DNA of 64,000 bases from Takakia lepidozioides (taxonomy: Eukaryota > Plantae > Bryophyta): positions 58,032,001 through 58,096,000 of the forward strand of contig CM060731.1 in the NCBI GenBank assembly GCA_030704615.1. Reading direction: 5' to 3'. The notes under the pieces are model-generated. The model had not been told where the DNA came from. It saw only the letters and a program-made list of their open reading frames with translations, and searched no databases. Both the position numbers and the translations under genes were made by a program. Shown here piece by piece: positions 13,984 through 25,959 of the stretch; within the stretch, counting starts at the first letter, position 1; each line of letters starts with the position of its first letter.

Positions 13984-16302
13984 CTGAGAGGGCAGAGATA
14001 TTGGGGAACTGTACACTAAACTGCCTAGACGGTACAATTGTGCAACAATCAAATGGCAAGGTGCTGAATCATAAGGTGTGGGATCTTGATCTGGGCCCAA
14101 AGTGTCACAAAATTTGAAAAGGGTGACCTAATTTTGGTCCCCCCATCTCCGAGCTGCTGCAATGTTTTGTTTCAAATTGACTTTGCACAACCACACCTTG
14201 GGAGATTGTTTCCTTTGCAAAAACTAAACTTTCCATCCAAGATCTCCAGCTCTAAGTACATTTCACAGCCGCGGTTCTTAGCTCTCCAGCACACTGACTC
14301 CAGCGCCATCACAACCGTCATCTGGGCGGTGTCGAGAATCTGTAGATTAACAAATACGCAGGTGGGCCTCACATGAAAAACGAGAAAATACAAAAACCAT
14401 GATGATCAAGCCCATAAATAACAGAACACATTCTCGCCGGCACAAGTCCGGTGAGCGAAATTTCCTCTCCATGTCCCTCGTTCCTCTCATCTTCGATGTC
14501 CATCTTCTATCCTCTTCACGAAAAATCACCCAGCCTAAAGAGTGCAGACACTGACTGAGGCACGAACTCTCCTCTGTATTTGGTATGTGCTTTTGTGCCT
14601 CAGTCAGTAGATCATAACTTATTCGGCTGCAGCCCATGTTCACTTACCCATAAAACGCAATGTGACACTTTCAGGAAACGGGGAAATAAAACTGGGAAAC
14701 AACAACATTAAGAAAAAGGAGGTAGAACAAAGATGACGCAGACGATCACAGCCAAGCAGAGCTCGCTGGAGACCAGGCAAAAATGCACAAATAAAGAACA
14801 TGCAAAATGAAGAACAAAACAACATTGAGGACAAAGAAATGAAGAGAAAATCTCACACACCGGAGAAGAATGGCAGCTGAGTAATCGGCTGCGTCGCAAC
14901 TCTGCTCCTGAGCTATAGAGAGCTAGAACCCAAGATTCCCGCGAGATCACAAGATGAAGAGCAGGGAAATGTCGACAACACCTCACAACCCAAACTCAGC
15001 AAACAAACACAATGCCATCCCGAACAGGTAATCTCCATGAGGGAGACATGGAAGATTTGAGACCCGCTTCCAAAAGCCGAGATAAGAAGCCAGCTACAGA
15101 GACGGCAAGTGAGAGTGAGCACGACGGCGGAAGCTGCGGGAGCGCCTCGAGCGGAGGGACACACTAAACAAGTTAGACAAGGACAAGTCTGCAGCCTGCA
15201 CGGGGGGGCAGACACTCTCTCCGTGCGGGGAGAGAGACGATGTTGCGTAACTTCACTCTTACCCCACCTAACTTTACTTTACTAAGTTACCTCATTTTAC
15301 TTGTTCCAGGAGGGTGCCTAAAAAAACCGTGCATATCCACGTGGCGGCTCCTGATTTCTCAAGATATGCAACATGCCCATCGCTTTCTGGGTCCCACGAG
15401 GGGTGCGCTCTGACTCATCCCTCCTATATTCACTCCTCCTTTTTTTATTTATATTCTTCTGCTTCTTTATTTGGAAATACCCCACTCACCGCTCCCCGTA
15501 CGGCGCCTTTCCAGGCAGAGCGAAAATAATCCCCCGCGCCACGCCAGCTTTCCACGTCGAAAGCGACCTAAAGACAGGGATTTGAACCCAGGACCATGTG
15601 TGGCATCAGAATATTCCCGTGTGCCGCGATACTCTCCACGTCCCTGAATTTCGTTGGCCGAATCTGCGAGGCCAAAAAAGAACGAGTCAAAATGTTCCCG
15701 CAACAAAACTAAATAATGTCAGGTGATACTGGGTTCAAATCCTGGTACCTTGTTGTCTTCTTCCCCCTTACCTTGGGCGGTGGCCCTCGTGCTTGCGAGC
15801 TTATTTTTCCTCTGATTGTAATTAAGTGGCCGGATTCGTGAGGAGTGGCTCTCTAAACAATAATAACGGAAGCGATGGAGCAATTGATTGACGGACAAAA
15901 CTCCGGAGAAAAGGCGTCGTCGAACAAATAAATGAAATATGAACGCCAAGGTTGTGGGGTGACGACATATAAATCAGCACTCACTGTGCAATTCAGTTCA
16001 TCCATCTCCGGACAGTTCATTCGTTGGTCCATCATCCATGACAGGGCCGTATAATAGATGATGTTTTGGGAAGCACGTCGGGAGGAATAAAGGGTGGGGG
16101 CTATTTGCTGTCCCGTGAGAGGGAGGCGTTGGGAATATTGGGGGTCACATTATTGAGCCATAATGTTTTGGGGTAAATGATGGCCAGCTTTTATTTGTAA
16201 TTCAAATTAGGGATCAATTACAGTACAGCTAATCCATGCCCAGTTATGTGCAGCAATCCCTATGCTGTTTGCACGTGCGAGTAAGAGAGAGGGCAATGTA
16301 AA

Positions 16303-16490
16303 GTAGTAGTAATAATAATAATAATATAATATGACGCCTCGAAGGATGCGTAAATTATGGTGCCTCTTCTCTTCAGGGGGAAGGCCCAACAAGGTGGACA
16401 GTGGACACCTTTGTGACACCAATCGGAGGATTGAACCCACCACCAATGCTGAGGTGGTATGTGCCTATTACCACTGGGCTACAACTTGGT
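16303..16490 (-). mobile_element. tRNA-derived SINE
   Basis: Minus strand has A-box TAGCCCAGTGG and B-box GGTTCAATCC at tRNA spacing, ending in an (ATT)n/(ACT)n tail at 16303-16330. Confidence 0.55.
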
Positions 16491-16553
16491 TGTCGTAAAG
16501 TAGTAAAAGAAGAGCATGGGCTTCCTAAGTTTTTCATGCTTTCCGAGGCTGCT

Positions 16554-16650
16554 ACCCTAATGTAGCTCCGTTGGGTAGTGCACTGCGTGCCACCCAGATG
16601 ATTCTGAGCTCGAATCCTGCTACCCTGTTGGGTGGTATCATATTTTTGGC
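16554..16650 (+). mobile_element. tRNA-derived SINE head (same family as 61750-61955)
   Basis: tagctccgttgggtagtgcactgcgtgccacccagatgattctgagctcgaatcc aligns with 61761-61820; Pol III A/B-box-like motifs. Confidence 0.55.
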
Positions 16651-17455
16651 TGTGCCCTTGAGTCTTGTCATACGAGGGTACTTGGAAAGAGGTTAGTTTT
16701 TCCTCTCATTGTAGTTAATTAAGGGGCCTGATTTGTGAGCGGTGGTTCACTCCAAGTGCTTCCCTTTTGTTTTCTAAGAAGAAAACTGATTTCTGAAAGT
16801 TAAAATATTGCGCTTCTAGCTGAATTTGATGACTCGTGGGGAAGAGGTGGCCGCATCTGCACCAGAGAAGAGCGACGATGTCCCGGCAAGCTGGCAGCTC
16901 GTTTAGTGCCAAGCTCTCCCCCATGCTGGGGAATGAGCCTGAAGTGAATTGGAAGCACTGTAAATCATTTAGGAAGACTAGATCTAAGACTAGATCAAGG
17001 TGCAGCTTCCTTTGATAGCATTTCTGCTAAGTAGTTCTTTTTATGGCCCTGGTGCTATGCAGAGACCGTCTCTGTGCTGGCCTCTGATTCGCAGAATAAA
17101 TGAACTGGGCGTTGGGTAGAGATAGTGCGGCGTCTAGGGATATCCACACAGTCTTTTCTGTAACACGGTTATCCTGGAAACAGACCTCGCTTGCATTTCG
17201 CATCGCTTTTGGTCGAGAGAAACTTGGTGATGAGCGAGTGTAGAAAAGTCTAGCGCGTCATAGTTCTCTTCCTGATACAGGAAGGGGGGGTGAGAGAGCT
17301 TCCATCTTCGAGATAGATCCTCATCGCGAGCTGAGAGCTGGGCGCAAAGCTATGGCGGCGGAGAAGCTTGACGCTGAGGGGATAGGTTCGGTTATGGAAT
17401 GTTCCCATTTTGGATATGACAAAAGCTGTTGGGTGTTCCTGCCAGCTCTTCTTTC

Positions 17456-17474
17456 TATATATATATATATATAT
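17456..17474. repeat. (TA)n microsatellite
   Basis: Direct observation. Confidence 0.9.
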
Positions 17475-18635
17475 ACTGGAGGTTGAGTTTTTCATGAGCA
17501 GTGAGGAGAGGAATATTCCTTTTCATGAGCAGGCATAATCTGATTCAGGGATATTCGGGATATTCTCACGAATATCCAAGGAACATTCTTCCGAGCCTGT
17601 GCCGAGGAATATTCTTCCGAACCTGTGCCGAACCAGTTCGGACCACTACCGTTCTATGACACTGTTCGGCGCCGAACATTGCGGGCACTAAAAAACAGTA
17701 AAAATTCAGTAAATATCTCAAAGCCACACAATGCAGCAAGAGACAGTCACTGATGGCGGGCGAGAAACATCATACTGGAAACAAACCCCTCTACACACTG
17801 AGATGGTGGAAGAAGTACTTCATGAAGAAGAAATCATCAATAGGGTCAAGAAAAGAAGCAGGAAGGAACGTAACTTCTTTGAGTTGGTTGAAGGCAGGCT
17901 GAGCCATTTGCAAGAAGAGAGGTCATACACCACAACAGCTAATCAAAACAGGGAGGTATATTTCCCTATGGATGATGACGGGCAGTGTTACACACACTTG
18001 ACAGGGGTTATCACAAACATGATACATACTGAGGTGTCACCATGAACTGTGTTGACACTATGAATGACAGTGAAGAAGAACCCAAGGCATCAGAAAGGGG
18101 ATCGGTCAAGGGGACTGCTATGAGAGCCATCCTATGGTGCATATGGGCTCTTTCTGCACTAAGCCACGCAGAGACATCACCATGTGCAACACCAAAGTTT
18201 CTTTGATGGGCCACAGTAACCAAACGGTGGTCTCCTTGCAAGGGGACACACCCAAGAGGCGATGGTCCTGGTCCAAGTACAACACTGCCCTCATCGGAGG
18301 GCATGAAGACGAGGCATACTTGGTACCCCCTTTTTCGTTCTTTGAGTGTGCTCCCAGCTGATCCTACATCGATCCCCGCCATCTTTGGGGTATGGTGTTG
18401 CGGAGTTTGCTATTCGGTTTGAAAATTTGTGAAGTTCCCTCCAATATTTGGGGGCTAAAAATCTAGGTAGAAATTGCCAAGCCGACAAATAAGGAAAAGA
18501 GAGAACACATAAACAATAAATAAATAGCAGCTCCCTAGCGGATAGGTCATGTCTGCTAGATTTGGCGACGGAGACGATAGGAGGGCGGACCTCCGTCTAG
18601 CATCGCGGCAGAACATTTCGCAATTCTTATTTCGA

Positions 18636-18845
18636 AATATAAAGCGACCGCCCATATATTTTTAATATTTTTAAAATAAAGCGACCGCCCATATGGTAGT
18701 GGCTTTTATTTTTTTAATTTGAAAAATAAAGCGACCGCCACCTCTGCAGGCGCCTCCTTTAAAATAAAAAAACAAATACAAAACGATCGCCACTATTTGC
18801 AGTTGCTTCATTTTACAAAAAATAAAACATTAAAATGACTGCCAT
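18636..18845 (+). repeat. Short motif AAAGCGACCGCC (3 near-exact and 2 degenerate copies) in AT-rich spacers, possibly a DNA-transposon subterminal region
   Basis: Copies near 18641, 18678, 18728; variants near 18781 and 18833. Confidence 0.5.
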
Positions 18846-19689
18846 TTTTTATTTTTCATAATTTCTCTGCCACCGCCACCGTGTCAGCGACGTGGCTGTT
18901 TAAGTGGCATTTTTTTTACCTATAATTTTTTTACTTGGTATATTCCAGGAACCAGACGTAACATAGGGCTCGTCAATGTCAGGTCTGACGCGACCTGATG
19001 CTGACGGATGGACATGACGTTAATAACCGGTTACGTGCAAACTCAAAAGTCACAAGCAAGAGCACAATTGGATGGGTCAAATCAGTTTACAGCCAAAGAG
19101 CTAGAAGCACTAGGGAAGCTAGAGGATCTTTACCCAGACCTGGTGAGCTTCAACAAAGATACACAGCCACCCCACATCAACATGATGACCAGGGGCAGTG
19201 CAAAGAAGGCCAAGCTTGGCGATGGGAAGACGGAGCTGCAACAGTCCCACCCATGATATCAGTAACTCAGAAGAAAGAAGTCACCTCAAAAGCGAAGAAT
19301 CAAACAAGTTGGACAATTTGTGCACCTCTGAAGGTTATGAACGACAGCCAGATATGTTTGTGGGAGGACGTGGGAACCCGAACAAGAAGCTGTGACCCAG
19401 GGACTTGACACGTTTTACTGAGGATTGGGCAGATCGGCAAATGAATGATAGAACTTCACCAGAAACTGAGAGTAAACTTAGTGAAAAGATGGAGCATGAA
19501 AACACGAAGCCCATGACAAAAAAGGAGCAATTGGAGCTTATTCTGAAGGCAGACAGTGAGTATGACAAGAGAAAAAATGATGCAAAGCAGTATACACCCA
19601 CAAATATCCGTGAGGAGGCTGCACCAGACATACTGGACGACGTCCAGGTTATGCACTATTTGATATTTGGAGCAGTAAATGAATGCTTG

Positions 19690-20420
19690 GGATGAATGAA
19701 AGGAAGAGGGTCCTCAAGAGGGCCAGGGGATATGTATGTACCAGAGAAGAAGGAGCGCATGGGGATAATTGAGAGCGTTCACCATACCCTAGGTCACTTC
19801 GGAGTGCACAGAACCCAGAACAAGATATGCAAGCGGTTCTTTTGGCACAATTGCACACAAGAAATTCGAGAGAAGGTCTACCATGCCAACAAGAGAAGAT
19901 GCTTGGAACTTTGCGCTCTAGAGCAAAGAAGTTGAAAAAGCATATCTTTGCGCGATCTATTTTATAGAGTTGCATTTGACACAGCTGGGCCACTACCTGA
20001 GACAAAGGAGGGAAAAAAGTATGCATTAATAGCAATAGACCATTACTCGAAGTGGGTAGAAGCAGCCCCAGTGAGTGATCACACAACAAAGCTAGCAGCC
20101 CGTTGAGCAGGTAGTCTACCGCCATGGCACACCAAAAATCGTCCTCACAGACCAAGGCACAGAATGGGGGAAGGAATTTGAAGAAGTATGTGCGAAATTC
20201 GGGATTCAACATGATCGTTCAGCCCCTTATTGGCCACAAAGCAATGGGATGGTGGTAGCGAATCATCAAAGATTCATTGGAGCAGAGTATAAGGGTCCTA
20301 AGCGTACAAGGAGAAAATGAGTGGGATCGGGACATATACAAAGCATTGTTTGGCTACAGAGTAGGGGTACAAACCTCAACTCGATTCTCTTCACACAAAG
20401 TACTAACAAGCAGAGACTTG
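19690..20420 (+). pseudogene. Decayed gypsy/Ginger-type integrase (H2C2 finger + rve core)
   Basis: HHTLGHFGVHRT...FFW; then, across frameshifts, RVAFDTAGPLPET...IAIDHYSKWVEA, HGTPKIVLTDQGTEW, SAPYWPQSNG. Confidence 0.8.
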
Positions 20421-20524
20421 TGAATGGATGTTGATAACAGAGGGGGGAAGGTCACTGAGCTAGTGGACTTACACTTTGACGAAGAAGCCATTAACAACAT
20501 GATGCTGGAAAAAAGTCGAGCTAC

Positions 20525-20730
20525 TGCCACTTACCATCGGCTTCATAAGTTTCAAACAAACTCGCAGATGTCTACTCCCTTTTAGTCGATTTATTTTTCA
20601 TGTGGCTGGGATACATATATCCCCCTTTTTAATTCCTGGACCATCCAATAATGCATAGGCCCCCTGCAAACTTGAGAGGCATTATTCCTATATGTTTACT
20701 TTATCCCAAAACTTGCATGCGAGTAAACAA
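20525..20730. mobile_element. First piece of a truncated copy of the MITE at 31431-32295, split by a 4.3-kb insertion
   Basis: Reverse complement of ~31961-32163. Confidence 0.75.
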
Positions 20731-20812
20731 GCGGCTTCGCCACAAGAGGCTTTGTCCTTTGGTGATTTTGTGGTTGTTGTTTTATACTTTTTCTAGGGCT
20801 TCATGAATCATG

Positions 20813-21208
20813 CCCATCAACCCTCCATAGACTAGGCTTAATGGATAAGCCTTGTTCTCTCCCTAAAGATGTCTCCACAATGCCTCTATCCCTTGCTGGT
20901 CCCATCAACCCTCTAAAGACTAGGCTCTCTCTCTCTCTATCTAGGCTTAATGGATGAGCCTAGTTCTCCGTTCTCTGCCTCCGCATAAGCAAGAAGCCTC
21001 CACAATGCATCTATCCATCGCGGTCCCATCGACCCTCTAAAGACTAGGCTCTCTCTCTCTCTCTCTAGGCTTAATAGATAAGCCTAGTTCTCCGTTCTCT
21101 CCCTAGGTCCGCGCAGAGGCAAGAAGCCTCCACAATGCCTCTATCCATTGCGGGTCCCATCAATCGGCCTCTAGAGACTAGGCTCTCTCTCTCTCTCTCT
21201 CTCTCTCT
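20813..21208 (+). repeat. Tandem repeat, ~4 units of ~85-130 bp mostly containing a (CT)n tract; resumes at 24918-25000 after the LINE
   Basis: Recurring cccatcaaccctct..agactaggct(ct)n..ttaatggataagcctagttctcc..caagaagcctccacaatg. Confidence 0.85.
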
Positions 21209-24200
21209 CGGCAAGAGGTGTCGCGGCCCTTTGCCTTGAGGGCAGGAGGTCGGGACACACGAGGGGCTGCCCCTGTGGTGGGGGCAGCAGCAGCGATAGG
21301 TATGGGGGGGCTGAAGCACCCTTGAGTGCCCAAGGCACTCAGGGAAGCGGAGGCGCTCACTAGGTGGAGCCCCGCACACCGGGTTGCGATGGGGGTGGCT
21401 TCACAAGGGGTGGTGGTAGCTTAGCGGGACTTAGTGGGGGTGACATAGGACTCACCATGGGGGCGGAGACCTCGTGGTGGGAGTCGTGGGGAGTCTTGGG
21501 ACTCATCACGGTCCATAGGGGCCGTGGTGAGTGGGCCAAGACTCACCGCGACTCATCACCGGGAGTCGAGGGTTTTCGTGGTGGTTCGCCATAAAATGGC
21601 ATGGCTGGTTGTGAAACCCCCGCGGACAGCTACAGAAGTATATATAAGGGGAGTAGTGACCCCGAGAACGGTGCAAGCCCGTTGGTGACCAAAAACTAGT
21701 GAGTAAGCGAGCGAGCCGGAAAGCGACCAAAGAGTGGGGAGCTGTTCCGGACTGCCATCTACCAAAGGGAATTCTCCTAGTCCCAAATAGGTGGAGGGTT
21801 TAGTGGGAAGCGAAGGGGGACCGTTATGTCCCGGTGAGCAGCTGAAGCTCCAAGTTGGCCCGGGCGGCCAGGTTGGGAGTCAGGCGCGCGCATCAAAGCG
21901 AGTAACTATGACTTGAAGGGGAGCTTACCGAAGTGAGATGCGCGACAAGAGGTGACCAAGTGCAGTGGACTCGTGAGAAATCCCAAACTGAAGAACGTTC
22001 CATTGTGGACTATATCATAATGGACAAAAAATTGTGTCCCTAGTGTGCCAATGTGTTGATCGACAAAACTGATATTGGTACCTCTAACCACTTCCTAGTT
22101 TGGACTGAGATCAAAAGGTGTTTTCCCAACACCAAGAGATCTGTGAAACATTCGATTCGGAAGTGGCGCATAGAAAAATTCCATAATGAGGAGGTCAAGG
22201 CTGAGTACGTCCAGGCCTTGCAAGAGGCTCTCCCTCATTTTGTCCAATCGCTCCAAGAACTTCAGTCTCGCTCTGACAACGCAAGAAATGAAGTCGAAAG
22301 AGCAGTGGACTCTTGGGAGAGTTTCGTTTCCTCCGTGGCTGACAAGATCATTGGGAGGAAACTAATTGTCTGCGGTAGAGCTGTTAATTGGTGGACCAAT
22401 GAGATTAAACTCAAGATAGCTGAGAGACGAGCCCTCTATAAAGAGTGCTGCAATTTGAAAACCAATAGAGAATTGTGGGCGAGGTACTACCAGCTCCGTA
22501 AAGATATCAATCAGCTTGTTAGGTCTCAAAAGAAATTATACTGGGACAAGCTATACAGTGAAATAAACTCAAACCACCATAGTGGTAATGACAAGAAATT
22601 TTGGTTGGCCCTTCAACGTTTGTACAAGCCGAAAAACGGTCAGCAAGTACAAGCGCTGAAGACTACTAAAGGTGACTTCATCGGTTGGCATTGTCAAAAC
22701 CTTTGAAACTCACTACAGTATCCTTGGCAGAACTTCTAGGTCTAACAGTGAGGGGTCTTCTGCTGAATGGAGGGACACAGTTGGAAAAACTGTTCCTATG
22801 ATTCAAAACAGCCCTGATGAACTGGAGTATATTTCAATGGCTTATAACGCTCCCATTAGTTCTTCTGAGATTGTGGAAGCAATTGAACATTTAAATGGAT
22901 ATAAAGCTAGTGGACCTGATGGTATTGTCAACGAGCTTATCAAGCACGGTGGCGATCCCATGATAGAGGCCCTAGTTCTCCTCTTTAACCTTATCTGGAA
23001 GACTGAAATGATCCCCTTTTGCTGGCGACAGGGGGTCATTGTCAATCTATACAAGAAGGGTGACAGAGAAGAACCGGGGAACTACCGTGGCATCACACTC
23101 CTCAATGCTGTTGGCAAGACATTCTACATAATTATAAGTACTTGTTTCGAGGTTGATCTGGAGTCTAGAGGTTGTTTCCACGAAGGCCAAGCTGGCTTTC
23201 GGCGAAACAGGGGCTGTGTGGATCATATCTTCACTCTAAGCCAGATTATCCAGGGAAGGAAAAAAGAAGGGAAATGTTTTTTTCCTGGATGTCAAAAAGG
23301 CTTATGACACAGTGTGGAGAGATGGCCTATGGTTCCGCCTCTGATCTTGTGGGATCAAGGGAAAGATGTGGAGAGTTGTCCACAACTTGTATGCTCACAC
23401 CAAAAGTTGTGTCACTGTTAACGTCCAACTTCTTTGACTTAGACCAAGGTGTAGCTCAAGGATGTACTCTCTCCCCTCTGCTCTTCAATGTTTTCATCAA
23501 TCAACTCCTCGAGGATGTGCAAAGTGAGGGATTTGGGTTAAGGGTGGGTGATACCGCCATACCAGCCCTTATGTTTGTTGATGACTTCGCAGGCATATGG
23601 GAGACTCCAACCAATCTCCAGGAGTTGATTGATTGCGCGAAGAGATACTTTGATCTTTGGGGGCTAGAGGCTAATGTCAGCAAATGTGCAGTGGAAGCAT
23701 TCAACAACAGAGGAGAGGGAGGAAGTGATCTTAAGTGGCAGTGGGGTAGCCAAGAGATCCCGATCCTCCCTTCCTACACTTACCTGCGCGTTGAGTTTTC
23801 CTCCAATTGTAATTGGGTTGCACATATCCGGAAAGTTGTTCAAACAAGGGCAAGCTCTGGGGCTCACTAAATTTTTCCACTGAAGAGGGGTCAACTCTGA
23901 GGTTAATGAAACCATGCTTTGTCGCGTTATTAGACCTGCCTTGGAGTACTGATCTACAATATGGGTTGATAACTCCAACCAGGCTAAGTCTCTAGAATCC
24001 ATTCGAGTGGGGGTGCTTAAGGAGTGTATGTTAGCATGCTCCAAAACAGCCAATACGGCTGTTCGGGGTGAGTTTGGCATTCCGTCCTTAAGCTCCCGAC
24101 GAGATGAATTCAAGGTCAGATGGTGGGGTCAGCTGCAACATATGTCCAACACCAGATATCCTAAGTTAATCGACTCTATATCTTGGAAACAGGACCGCCC

Positions 24201-24918
24201 TGTCAAACAGGCTAAGTCCTAGCAAAAGAGAGTAGAAGAGATTCTCAAGGACCTGGACCTGGATCCACAAGTCTTGACCCTGCTGGATAAATCTGACTTA
24301 GAGGTTGTAGTGTCCAAAGCCATGTTTGTTGCCATGAGATTGTCTGATGAAAATGAAGTTAGGCAGAAAACTTCCCTGAACTTGTTTCCAGTCAGTGACA
24401 TGGGGGAGGACATCTTGGATGACCTCAAGGGTCTACCCTCTCTCGGCATTAGACTGAAATTTAAACTCAGGGCAGGAAGCCTACCTTTGAACAGCAAACA
24501 GAAGCGGAGAGGAAAGGGAGAGTGCAATTGCCCGTTGTGTGGGCAATTTGAAGACAGTATTCATTTTCTGATACACTGTCTGGGGTTCTCTCACCAAAGA
24601 GACGCTCTCTTCAAATCTATCAAGGGAATTGTGCCTGTACCCCTGTTTACCAACTTTGAAAGTCTCGAGGCTGAGCCAAAAGCCCAGGCCCTCCTGAGGC
24701 CTAGTTTTTGGGCAAATCGCACACAACAGATTGATGCTTGTGTGAAGGGATTTCTAGAGGATATCTGGAGAACCCAGATTAATTCTATATATGAAGGTAA
24801 GTCTTACTACCAACGTCAGCCCCTGACAGAAGTAGGTTTTGTCCCTTTCGTTCCCGCTCAAACTGGGCGCGGGGTCAATGGCCACAAGGCTACGGCAAAC
24901 AACGTCTTATGAGTACAA
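21209..24918 (+). mobile_element. 5'-truncated, frameshifted non-LTR retrotransposon (APE endonuclease end + RT + C-terminal CCHC; RTE/RTE-X-like by inference)
   Basis: SIVDYIIMD/GTSNHFLV (EN), ASGPDGI, YKKGDREEPGNYRGITLL, QAGFRRNRGC, DVKKAYDTV, QGCTLSPLLF, MFVDD, CPLCGQFEDSIHFLIHC. Confidence 0.92.
21219..21947. mobile_element. Solo LTR (729 bp) inserted at the 5' end of the LINE
   Basis: TGTCGCG...CGCGACA termini; exact 5-bp TSD AGAGG at 21214-21218 and 21948-21952; TATA-like tatataagggg near 21640; LINE sequence resumes after it. Confidence 0.85.
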
Positions 24919-25040
24919 TCTCTCTCCGCTTAATGGATAAGCCTAGTTCTCCGTTCTCTGCCTAGCTCCGCCTAGGCAAGAAGTCTCCACAATGGCTCTA
25001 TAAATTAAGGAACAGAGCCATCAAAAACCAACCCTTTGCA

Positions 25041-25420
25041 CAACAATTGAGCATCGCACCACAACTCGCTACAAATCCTTCTCATGACTGTGCCCTCACA
25101 GCCAAAGGAGGAGCAGTGAGTATATCTTCCTCTCATTATTCACATAAATATCCGTTGGTTGGGTGTAATATTATTGATATTAATTCAACCAACATGACGG
25201 ACCAAAAGCTTCGGTTTGGGATGTTGGACGGTTACTGGAAGCAAGAGAAAAAAAACCTCACTTTCTTGAAGGGGATTTCAGGAGAGTTTTTTTTTGCTTG
25301 TTTGAGATTGGCAGCTCAAGTAGTTACTGAGAACACTGGGAGTCACACCAGCGATAGAGACCTGTGTCGGTGGACCGACACTAGCAGTATTGCTTTTTGT
25401 GAGGGAGTCAAGCGGCATCA
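25041..25420. mobile_element. Second piece of the split MITE copy
   Basis: Reverse complement of ~31575-31952. Confidence 0.75.
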
Positions 25421-25959
25421 ATCAATAACAACATACCCAAATACCCTTACAATCACTATGTGAAACTTTCAAGCAGCCACCATGGGATTGGATCTTGGTG
25501 GGTTAAGGATAGCTTTTGACAATATTCACGCAAGTTCGTCAAGGGCTCCATCCAAAGCCACACCACAAGAAACAAACAAACATCTGCAAATTTAAGATGC
25601 TGAACAAACTTGTGCACAGGGCTGCCCCTCTAATCAAGCTCATCAAAATTCATATTCACTTCCATCTTCAAGCTTTGGAGAAGCTCCACCACCCAAACCC
25701 AGAATTAGGACAGCACTCTGATTTCCATCTACTGTCACCAAAGTCAGTCCAATATCACCCCTTCAGTCAAGTGCAATTATGGGCTGACTTCCCACCTATG
25801 CCGGGTAGACCCCACTTTCCTTTCCCGTGGATATGCCACAGGACATGCACTCAACAGTACATCATGGTCAATACTCTCAGGAAATGGTGGATGATCTGAG
25901 TAGCTACACAGATCACTGAATGAAGCAAGACACTTGCATCTTTCCAAGAAAACATCCTT

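Noticed and set aside
16554-16640. Genuine tRNA gene (also at 61757-61830 and 16420-16490)
   Set aside because: No convincing acceptor or anticodon stems; simple-repeat tails on two of the copies and an empty site in the other arm indicate SINEs.
18134-18361. EDEAYLVPPFSFFE resembling an ADP-ribosyltransferase E-x-E motif
   Set aside because: Short ORF with no supporting R or STS motifs; likely chance.
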